From contig NW_027253893.1 of the NCBI RefSeq assembly GCF_044704955.1, positions 1-64,000 of the forward strand: a stretch of 64,000 nt of DNA, read 5' to 3'. The notes below the pieces were generated by a model. The model had not been told where the DNA came from and ran no database searches. It worked only from the letters and a program-made list of their open reading frames with translations. The stretch comes from Pristiophorus japonicus (Eukaryota). Of this stretch, positions 54,742 to 64,000 are shown in pieces. How positions within the stretch are numbered: the stretch's first letter is position 1; each line of letters starts with the position of its first letter. The translations under genes were made by a program, and so were the position numbers.

Positions 54742-56165
54742 ACTATTACAGGGAGTGAATGGTGCCCTATTACAGGGGGTGAATGGAGCCTTATTACAGG
54801 GGGTGAATGGTGTGCTATTACAGGGGGTGAATGGTGCCCTATTACAGGGGGTGAATGGTGCCCTATTACAGGGGGTGAATGGTGCCCTATTACAGGGGGT
54901 GAATGGAGCCCTATTACAGGGGGTGAATGGAGCCCTATTACAGGGAGTGAATGGTGCCCTATTACAGGGGGGGAATGGTGCCCTATTACAGGGGGTGAAT
55001 GGTGCCCTATTACAGGGGGTGAATGGTGCCCTATTACAGGGGGTGAATGGTGCCCTATTACAGGGGGGGAATGGAGCCCTATTACAGAGGGGGAATGGTG
55101 CCCTATTACAGGGAGTGAATGGTGCCCTATTACAGGGGTTGAATGGAGCCCTATTACAGGGGGTGAATGGTGCCCTATTACAGGGGGTGAATGGTGCACT
55201 ATTACAGGGGGTGAACGGAGCCCTATTACAGGGAGTGAACGGTGCCCTATTACAGGGGGTGAACGGAGCCCTATTACAGGGGAGGAATGGTGCCCTATTA
55301 CAGGGAGTGAATGGAGCCCTATTACAGGGGGTGAATGGAGCCCTATTACAGGGGGGGAATGGTGCCCTATTACAGGGAGTGAATGGTGCCCTATTACACG
55401 GGGTGAATGGAGCCCTATTACAGGGGGGGAATGGTGCCCTATTACAGGGGGTGAATGGTGCCCTATTACAGGGGTGAATGGTGCCCTATTACAGGGGGGG
55501 AATGGTGCCCTATTACAGGGGGTGAATGGTGTCCTATTACAGGGAGTGAATGGAGCCCTATTACAGGGGGGGAATGGTGCCCTATTACAGGGGGTGAATG
55601 GTGCCCTATTACAGGGGTGAATGGTGCCCTATTACAGGGGGGGAATGGAGCCCTATTACAGGGGGTGAATGGAGCCCTATTACAGGGGGTGAATGGTGCC
55701 CTATTACAGGGGGTGAATGGTGCCCTATTACAGGGGGTGAATGGTGCCCTATTACAGGGAGTGAATGGAGCCCTATTACAGGGGGTGAATGGTGCCCTAT
55801 TACAGGGGGGGAATGGTGCCCTATTACAGGAGGGGAACGGTGCCTTATTACAGGGGGGGAATGGTGCCCTATTACAGGGGGTGAATGGTGCCCTATTACA
55901 GGGGGGGGAATGGTGCCCTATTACAGGGAGTGAATGGTGCCCTATTACAGGGGTTGAATGGTGTCCTATTACAGGGGGTGAATGGTGCCCTATTACAGGA
56001 GGTGAATGGTGCCCTATTACAGGGGGTGAATGGTGCCCTATTAAAGGGGGTGAATGGTGCCCTATTACAGGGGGTGAATGTGCCCTATTACAGGTGGTGA
56101 ATGGTGCCCTATTACAGGGGGTGAATGTGCCCTATTACAGGGGGGGAATGGTGCCCTATTACAGG
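54742..56165. repeat. 24-bp minisatellite gaatggtgccctattacagggggt, ~59 copies
   Basis: Visible tandem copies. Confidence 0.95.
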
Positions 56166-56522
56166 GTTGCAGGGACCGAGGAGACCGGTGGGTTTGTGAA
56201 CACAAACCTTTGAAGTGCAGCAGGACAAGTGGCCGAGATTTTTCAGTAAAAAGCACACGGGATCCTAGGCTTTACAAACCGAGGCGTAGAGCACAAAGGC
56301 CAGGGAGTTAATCCCCACAACCGCTGTAAATCACCGGCCAGGCCCCAGCTGGCGGATTGCCGGAGCCGCACTGGACCAAGGAATTCAAGGCTATGGAGAG
56401 GCCGCGGGGGAGAGTTACTAAAATGGATGAGGGGCTTCAGTGACATGGGGAGACCACAGAAGCTGGGATTGTTCTCCTTCTGTACAGCAGAGAAGGTTCA
56501 GGGGGGAATGTAATGGATGTGT

Positions 56523-57186
56523 CCCACACACCGTAGGCTGTACCCTCCCTCTGTGTACACTCTATCCCCACACACACCATGGGCTGTACCCCCTCCCTCT
56601 GTGTACACTCTATCCCCATATACACCGTGGGCTGTACCCCCTCCCTCTGTGTACATTCTATCCCCACACACCGTGAGCTGTACCCCCTCCCTCTGTGTAC
56701 ATTCTATCCCCACACACCGTGAGCTGTACCCTCTCCCTCTGTGTACACTCTAGCCACACACACTGTGGGCTGTACCCTCCCTCTGTGTACTCTCTATCCC
56801 CACACACACTGTGGGCTGTACCCTCCCTCTGTGTGCACTCTATCCCCACACACTGTGGGCTGTACCCCCTCCCTCTGTGTACACTCTATCCCCACACACA
56901 CCGCGGGCTGTACCCCCTCCCTCTGTGTACACTCTATCCCCACACACACCGCGGGCTGTACCCCCTCCCTCTGTGTACACTCTATCCCCACACACACTGT
57001 GGGCTGTACCCTCCCTCTGTGTACACTCTATCCCCACACACACCGTGGGCTGTACCCCCTCCCTCTGTGTACACTCTATCCCCACACACACCGTGGGCTG
57101 TACCCTCCCTCTGTGTACACTCTATCCCCACACACACTGTGAGCTGTACCCTCCCTCTGTGTACACTCAATCCCCACACACACCGT
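56523..57186. repeat. ~45-48-bp minisatellite (family of 44037-45410) flanked by a 21-bp direct repeat
   Basis: gggggaatgtaatggatgtgt at 56502-56522 and again at 57187-57207. Confidence 0.9.
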
Positions 57187-57561
57187 GGGGGAATGTAATG
57201 GATGTGTGCCGGATTGTGAGGGGTTCAGTGGATGGGGGGAAACTGTTGCCACTGCCGGGAGGGTGGGTGGCCAGAGGTCACAGATAGAATTCAATTGGCA
57301 AAAAATCCAGGGGGGAGATGAGGAATTTAGCAAAAAATTTTTTGTTGTACCCTCAGCGACAAGCTAAGATCTGGAATGCAGTGTCTGGGAGAGGGGGTGG
57401 GAGCAGACTTAATCATATTTTTCCGAAGGGAATTGGATAAATACTTGAATCGGGAAAATCTGCAGGGCTTTGGGGAAAGAGCAGAGCGGGAGTGGGACTA
57501 ATGTGAAACCTCGGATATTGCTGGTACAGGCACGATGGGCCCAATGGATTCCTGTCCTGTA

Positions 57562-58358
57562 GGGTTGGGAGTGTGTGGGGTCGGGGGGGGGGGAATGTGT
57601 GTGTGGGGTGGGGGGGAGAGTGTGTGTGTGGGGGGGTGAGTGTGTGTGTGGGGGGGTGAGTGTGTATGTCGGGGGGAGGGTTATTGAGAGTGTGTGTGTG
57701 GGGGGGAGGGGGAGCGGGGGTTGGGAGTGTGTGTGAGGGTGGGGGGGAGAGGGAGGGGAAGAGGAGTGTGTGTGTGGGGGGGTGAGTGTGTGTGTCGGGG
57801 GTGGGGGGGGTGGTTATTGAGAGTGTGTGTGTGTGGGGGGGGGAGGGTGAGCGGGGGTTGGGAGTGTGTGTGAGGGTGGGGGGGAGGGGGAGGGGAAGGG
57901 GAGTGTGTGTGTGGGGGGGGAGGGGGAGTGTGTGTGTGGGGTGGGGGAGTGTGTGGGGATGGGGGGGAGGGATGTTGGGAGTGTGTGTGTGGGGGGGGGG
58001 CGTGTGTGTGCCGGGGGGGGAGGGGGAGTGTGTGGGGATGGGGGTAGGGGTGTTGGGAGTGTGTGTGGATGGGGGGAGGGGACGGGGAGTGTGTGGTGAG
58101 GGGGGTAGTGTTTGGGGAGGGGGAGGAGTGTGTGGGGAAGGGGGGGGGGTGTGTGGGGATGGGGGGGAGAGGGGGGAGTTTGTGGGGAGGGGGGAGTGTG
58201 TTGGGGAGGGGCGAGTGTGTGGGGAGGGGGGGGAGTGGGGGGGGAGTGTGTGGGGAGGGGGGGAGTGTGTGGGGATGGGGGGGAGAGGGGGGAGTTTGTG
58301 GGGAGGGGGGAGTGTGTGAGGAGGGGGGGGTGGAGTGTGTGGGGAGGGGGGGAGGGGA
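57562..58358. repeat. G/GT-rich low-complexity tract
   Basis: G runs interspersed with (gt)n. Confidence 0.9.
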
Positions 58359-58689
58359 CACGAGCGAGGACCCAATGGGCGGTATGACATCAGTCGCCCG
58401 TTACACACTTACATTGACTCCGAATATCGGGCGTGTCATATCACAGGCGGTAGAGGCGATTCGGATGACATTACGTCTCCGCCCATTGTCCAATTTCAGG
58501 TGATTTCTCATTGCCCTGTATTGTGCCACCATCAGCACCGCTGGTGTCCCGGGGATAGAGTGTCCGGGCACAGGACTCTGTACCGCTTCTATTGCCTAAC
58601 AACCTCCCACATTGCTGGTGACATTTCCTCGTCCAGTTTCACCCCCGACACCAGCGCAGTTTTAAATGGCCAATCATGTCTGTACTCAC

Positions 58690-59010
58690 TTTTAGGTCCA
58701 GGTTCTGGGGTCTGAGCCGGCACCATTTCACTGGCCTTGTACCCCGCCTTGCAGTAGTAGACCCGATTGGTTTCCCAATCTGCTGCAGAGACTTTGAGCA
58801 CACTGCTCATCGTGTACGCCATATTTTGCCCCAAGACAGCCGGATACTTCTTCACTCCAGTCGTGATGTCCGCACCATTAGTGGACCATGTCTGAATGAT
58901 GCTCTTGGGCTGAAAGTCTTTGACCAGGCACAGGAAGGTGATCCCATCTTGGTTGGAGTTGCTGCCACAGGAAGGGTTGGCGATGTAGACAGATGGTTTG
59001 GACTGAACAA
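58690..59010 (-). CDS. IgW: IgW CH1 exon (321 nt): VVQSKPSVYIANPSCGSNSNQDGITFLCLVKDFQPKSIIQTWSTNG...KKYPAVLGQNMAYTMSSVLKVSAADWETNRVYYCKAGY...PEPGPK
   Basis: Acceptor cttccAG at 59012-59011; donor AAAA|GTGAGT at 58689. Canonical B-strand Cys, C-strand Trp and F-strand Cys, plus an extra A-B loop Cys (probable light-chain bond). The QTWSTN...KYP.VLGQN..YTMSS and YYCKAGY motifs are typical of IgW CH1. Confidence 0.93.
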
Positions 59011-59159
59011 CTGGAAGGTAAATAGGTGCACACAGATAAGTCCAGTAAACAAAGTGCATGACAGGCACACACAGCAGGAGAGATTGTGTTGTGTATAACA
59101 CCAGCCATTTCCCCAAACAGTTACACTGTGACACAACCAGCTTACAGTTGTATTGTGGC

Positions 59160-59595
59160 TCATAGAAACATAAAAACATAGAAATTAGGTGCAGGAGCAA
59201 GTCATTCGGCCCTTCGAGCTTGCACCGCCATTCAATAAGATCATGACTGATCATGCAACCTCAGTACCTCTTTCCTGCTTTCTCTCCATACCACTTGATC
59301 CCTTTAGCCGTAAGGGCCGTATCTAACGAACTGGCATCAACAACTTTCTACGGTCGCGAATTCCACAGGTTAACCACTCTGAGTGAAGCAGTTTCTCCTC
59401 ATCTCGGTCCTAAATGGTTTCCCCTTATTCTTAGAGAGTGACCCCTGGTTCTGGAACTACCCAGCAATGGGAACATTCTTCCTGCCTCTAACCTGTCTAA
59501 TCCCGTCAGAATTTTATATGTTTCTATGAGATCTCCTCTCATTCTTCTAAACTCCAGTGGATACAAGCCCAGTTGATCCAGTCTCTCTTCGTATG
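59160..59595 (-). mobile_element. CR1 LINE 3' fragment, ~150 bp upstream of CH1
   Basis: Homologous to 42676-43110 and 61518-61965. Confidence 0.85.
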
Positions 59596-59716
59596 GCTCA
59601 GTTGGGAATCATGGTATCATTCTCAGCTCTGTGTCAGAAGGTAGTGGGTTCAAGCCCACTCCAGATCCTTGAGCCCATCATCTAGGCTGATACTCCAGTG
59701 CAGTGCTGAGGGAGTG
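59595..59716 (+). mobile_element. tRNA-derived SINE 5' part (same family as 7615-7785)
   Basis: ggctcagttgg...gggttcaagcccactccag...cttgagccc...atctaggctgatactccagtgcagtgctgagggag. Confidence 0.65.
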
Positions 59717-59757
59717 ATTAATGCAGTGACATTGATTGGGAGATTAACGCACTGACA

Positions 59758-61295
59758 GTGATAGCAGATGCATTCGTTATAATCTACCAAAATTCTCTGG
59801 ACTCTGGGGAGGTACCAGCGGATTGGAAAGCAGCTAATGTAACGCCTCTGTTTAAAAAAGGGGGCAGACAAAATGCAGGTAACTAAAGGCCAGTTAGTTT
59901 AACATCTGTAGTGAGGAAAATGCTAGAAACCATCATTAAGGAAGAAATAGCAGGACATCTAGATAGCATTAGTGCAATCAAGCAGACGCAACATGGATTC
60001 ATGAAGGGGAAATCATGTTTAACTAATTTACTGGAATTCTTTGAGGATATAATGAGCATGGTGGATAGAGGTGTACCGATGGATGTGGTGTATTTAGATT
60101 TCCAAAAGGCATTCGATAAGGAGCCACACAAAAGGTAACTGCAGAAGATAAAGGTACGCGGAGTCAGAGGAAATGTATTAGCATGGATGGAGAATTGGCT
60201 GGCTTACAGAAAGCAGAGAGTCAGGATAAATGGGTCCTTTTCAGGTTGGAAATCGGTGGTTAGTGTTGTGCCACAGGGATCGGTGCTGGGACCACAACTG
60301 TTTACAATATACATAGATGACCTGGAAGAGGGGACACAGTGTAGCGCAACAAAATTTGCAGATGACACAAAGATTAGTGGGAAAGCGGGTTGTATAGAGG
60401 ACACAGAGGCTGCAAAGAGATTGAGATAGGTTAAGCGAATGGGCTAAGGTTTTGCAGATGGAATACAGTGTCGGAAAATGTGAGGTCATCCACCTTGGAA
60501 AACAAAACAGTAAAAGGGAATATTATTTGAATGGGGAGAAATTACAACATGCTGCGGTGCAGAGGGACCTGGGGGCCCTTGTGCATGAATCCCAAAAAGT
60601 TAGTTTGCAGATGCAGCAGGTAATCAGGAAGGCGAATGGAATGTTGGCCTTCATTGCGAGAGGGATGGAGTACAAAAGCATGGAGGTCCTGCTGCAACTG
60701 TATAGGGTATTGGTGAGGCCGCACCTGGAGTGCTGCGTGCAGTTTTGGTCACCTTTCTTAAGGAAGGATATACTAGCTTTGGAGGGGGTACAGAGACGAT
60801 TCACTAGGCTGATTCTGGAGATGAGGGGGTTACCTTATGATGATAGATTAAGTAGACTGGATCTTTAATCGTTGGAGTTCAGAAGGATGAGGGGTGATAA
60901 TATAGAAACATTTAAAAAAATGAAAGGGATAGACAAGATAGAGGCAGAGAGGTTGTTTCCACTGGTCGGGGAGACTAGAACTAGGGGGCACAGCCTCAAA
61001 ATACGGGGGAGCCAATTTAAAACCGAGTTGAGAAGGAATTTCTTCTCCCAGAGGGTTGTGAATCTGTAGAATTGTCTGCCCAAGGAAGCAGTTGAGGCTA
61101 GCTCATTGAATGTATTCAAATCACAGATAGATAGATTTTTAACCAATAAGGGAATTAAGGGTTACGGGGAGCGGGCGGGTAAGTGGAGCTCAGTCCACGG
61201 CCAGATCAGCCGTGATCTTGTTGAATGGCGGATCTGGCTCGAGGGGCTAGATGGCCTACTCCTGTTCCTAATTCTTATGTTCTTATGTTCTTATG
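59758..61295 (+). mobile_element. CR1 LINE, 5'-truncated, with stops and frameshifts; same subfamily as 2752-4538
   Basis: Near-identical RT motifs and 3' end (ttcttatgttcttatgttcttatg). Confidence 0.93.
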
Positions 61296-61517
61296 ATTGG
61301 GAGATTAATGCATTGACATTGATTGGGAGATTAATGCGGTGACATTGATTGGGAGATTAATGCGGTGACATTGATTGGGAGATTAGTGCACTGACATTGA
61401 TTGGGAGATTAATGCACTGACATTGATTGGGAGATTAATGCGATGACATTGATTGGGAGATTAATGCGATGACATTGATTGGGAGATTAATGCACTGACA
61501 TTGATTGGGAGATTAAT
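61295..61517. repeat. 26-bp minisatellite gacattgattgggagattaatgcact (middle block)
   Basis: Visible tandem copies; also at ~59716-59757 and 63488-64000. Confidence 0.9.
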
Positions 61518-63487
61518 AGAAACATAGAAACATAGAAAATAGGTGCAGGAGTAGGCCATTCGGCCCTTCTAGCCTGCACCGCCATTCAATGAGTTCATGG
61601 CTGAACATGCAACTTCAGTACCCCATTCCTGCTTTCTCGCCATACCCCTTGATCCCCGAGTAGTAAGGACTTCATCTCACTCCTTTTTGAATATATTTAA
61701 TGAATTGGCCTCAACAACTTTCTGTGGTAGAGAATTCCACAGGTTCACCACTCTCTGGGTGAAGAAGTTTCTCCTCATCTCGGTCCTAAATGGCTTACCC
61801 CTTATCCTCAGACTGTGACCCCTGGTCCTGGACTTCCCCAACATTGGGAACATTTTTCCTGTATCTAACCTGTCTGAACCCATCAGAATTTTAAACGTTA
61901 TGATGAGGTCCCCTCTCATTCTTCTGAACTCCAGTGAATACAAGCCCAGTTGATCCAGTCTTTCTTGATAGGTCAGTCCCGCCATCCCGGGAATCAGTCT
62001 GGTGAATCTTCGCTGCACTCCCTCAATAGCAAGAATGTCCTTTCTCAAGTTAGGAGACCAAAACTGTACACAATACTCCAGGTGTGGCCTCAACAAGGCC
62101 CTGTACAACTGTAGTAACACCTCCCTGCCCCTGTACTCAAATCCCCTCGCTATGAAGGCCAACATGCCATTTGCTTTCTTAACCGCCTGCTGTACCTGCA
62201 TGCCAACCTTCAATGACTGATGTACCATGACACCCAGGTCTCGTTGCACCTCCCCTTTTCCTAATCTGTCACCATTCAGATAATAGTCTGTCTCTCTGTT
62301 TTTAACCACCAAAGTGGATAACCTCATATTTATCCACATTATACTTCATCTGCCATGCATTTGCCCACTCACCTAACGTATCCAAGTCACTCTGCAGCCT
62401 CATAGCATCCTCCTCGCAGCTCACACTGCCACCTAAATTAGTGTCATCCGCAAATTTGGAGATACTACATTTAATCCCCTCGTCTAAATCATTAATGTGC
62501 AGTGTAAACAGCTGGGGCTCCAGCACAGAACCTTGCGGTACCCCACTAGTCACTGCCTGCCATTCTGAAAAGTACCCATTTACTCCTACTCTTTGCTTCC
62601 TGTCTGACAACCAGTTCTCAATCCACGTCAGCACACTACCCCCAATCCCATGTGCTTTAACTTTGCACATTAATCTCTTGTGTGGGACCTTGTCGAAAGC
62701 CTTCTGAAAGTCCAAATATACCACATCAACTGGTTCTCCCTTGTCCACTCTACTGGAAACATCCTCAAAAAATTTCAGAAGATTTGTCAAGCATGATTTC
62801 CCTTTCACAAATCCATGCTGACTTGGACCTATCATGTCACCTCTTTCCAAATGCGCTGCTATGACATCCTTAATAATTGATTCCATCATTTTACCCACTA
62901 CTGAAGTCAGGCTGACCGGTCTATAATTCCCTGTTTTCTCTCTCCGTCCTTTTTTAAAAAGTGGGGTTACATTGGCTACCCTCCACTCGATAGGAACTGA
63001 TCCAGAGTCAATGGAATGTTGGAAAATGACTATCAATGCATCCGCTATTTCCAAGGCCACCTCCTTAACTACTCTGGGATGGAGTCCACCAGGCTCTGGG
63101 AATTTATCGGCCTTCAATCCCATCAATTTCCCCAACACAATTTCCCAACTAATAAAGATTTCCCTCAGTTCCTCCTCCTTACTAGACCCTCTGACCCCTT
63201 TTATATCCGGAAGGTTATTTGTGTCCTCCTTAGTGAATACCGAACCAAAGTACTTGTTCAATTGATCTGCCATTTCTTTGTTCCCCGTTATGACTTCCCC
63301 TGATTCTGACTGCAGGGGACCTACATTTGTCTTTACTAACCTTTTTCTCTTTACATATCTATAGAAACTTTTGCAATCCGTCTTAATGTTCCCTGCAAGC
63401 TTCTTCTCGAACTCCATTTTCCCTGCCCTAATCAAACCCTTTGTCTTCCTCTGCTGAGTTCTAAATTTCTCCCAGTTCCCGAGTTCG
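61518..63487 (-). mobile_element. CR1 LINE, 5'-truncated, ORF2 split by one frameshift near 62300
   Basis: ORFs 62302-63435 and 61677-62339 carry the RT motifs ([13 protein letters not shown]); (tttctatg)n tail. Confidence 0.93.
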
Positions 63488-64000
63488 CACTGACATTGAT
63501 TGGGAGATTAATGCACTGATGTTGATTGGGAGATTAATGCGCTGACATTGATTGGGAGATTAATGCACTGATGTTGATTGGGAGATTAATGCGCTGAAAT
63601 TGATTGGGAGATTAATGCGCTGACATTGATTGGGAGATTAATGAGATGACATTGATTGGGAGATTAGTGCACTGACGTTGATTGGGAGATTAATGCGATG
63701 ACATTGATTGGGAGATTAATGCATTGAACAGTGATTGGGAGATTAATACGGTGACCATTGATTGGGTGATTAATGCGCTGACATTCATTGAGACATTAAT
63801 GCGATGACATTGATTGGGAGATTAATGCACTGACGTTCATTGAGAGATTAATGCGATGACATTGATTGGGAGATTAGTGCACTGACATTGATTGGGAGAT
63901 TAATGCACTGACATTGATTGGGAGATTAATGCGCTGCCATTGATTGGGAGATTAATGCGCTGAGATTGATTGGGAGATTAATGCGCTGACATTGATTGGG
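63488..64000. repeat. 26-bp minisatellite, continues past the window end
   Basis: Visible tandem copies. Confidence 0.92.

Larger units (their letters stand above)
54690..57560 (+). mobile_element. Old, degraded CR1 3' portion split by two minisatellites
   Basis: Collinear CR1-like segments at 54690-54750, 56165-56522 (ggccccagctgg; agaagctgggattgttctcctt; cagagaagg) and 57187-57560. Confidence 0.65.
297..59010 (-). other. IgW: IgW (Ig omega) heavy-chain constant-region gene, partial: CH1-CH2-[short secretory exon]-CH5like-CH6like/tailpiece-TM1
   Basis: Four open C1-set Ig exons with phase-1 AG/GT boundaries, a Cys-rich internal secretory exon, a mu/alpha-like tailpiece and an antigen-receptor TM exon, all collinear on the minus strand. 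Motifs match recalled elasmobranch IgW/IgX sequences. Confidence 0.92.

Noticed and set aside
48237-55199. ORFs up to 2045 aa (CTMEGEWCRYVSH / HHGGGMVSVRLTL)
   Set aside because: The 39-bp unit is open in several frames and indel variants switch frames freely, so this is a repeat artefact.
297-59010. Assignment as IgM or IgNAR (four C exons; NAR-like 3' domains)
   Set aside because: The CH1 and CH2 motifs and the internal Cys-rich secretory exon are IgW-type; IgW and IgNAR share homologous 3' domains.
59011-64000. Search for JH/D segments or an octamer-type intronic enhancer
   Set aside because: No WGXG J motif, proper RSS or ATGCAAAT was seen; the region is retroelement and minisatellite.

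Overview
Cartilaginous-fish (shark-like) genomic DNA carrying the constant-region half of one IgW (omega) immunoglobulin heavy-chain cluster on the minus strand. In transcription order: CH1 (59010-58690), CH2 (47333-47028), a separate Cys-rich short-form secretory exon missed by the ORF track (45603-45473), a CH5-like exon (7438-7118), a CH6-like exon with contiguous secretory tailpiece (5538-5156) and TM1 (439-297). All splice sites are canonical, all exons are open, and phases are compatible. V, D, J and TM2 lie outside the window. No CH3 or CH4 exon could be found. Their expected position holds a ~33 kb, ~785-copy, quasi-palindromic 42-bp satellite with higher-order structure. Its units carry a TGTA-ATTAAA-CA poly(A)-site-like motif on the sense strand and a heptamer/13-bp/nonamer RSS-like arrangement. 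The other introns contain CR1 LINE fragments, two tRNA-derived SINE remnants and about a dozen minisatellites; several of these grew out of, or were inserted into, the retroelements. The long repetitive ORFs in the track are by-products of tandem repeats. Family and domain assignments come from recalled sequence knowledge, not database searches.
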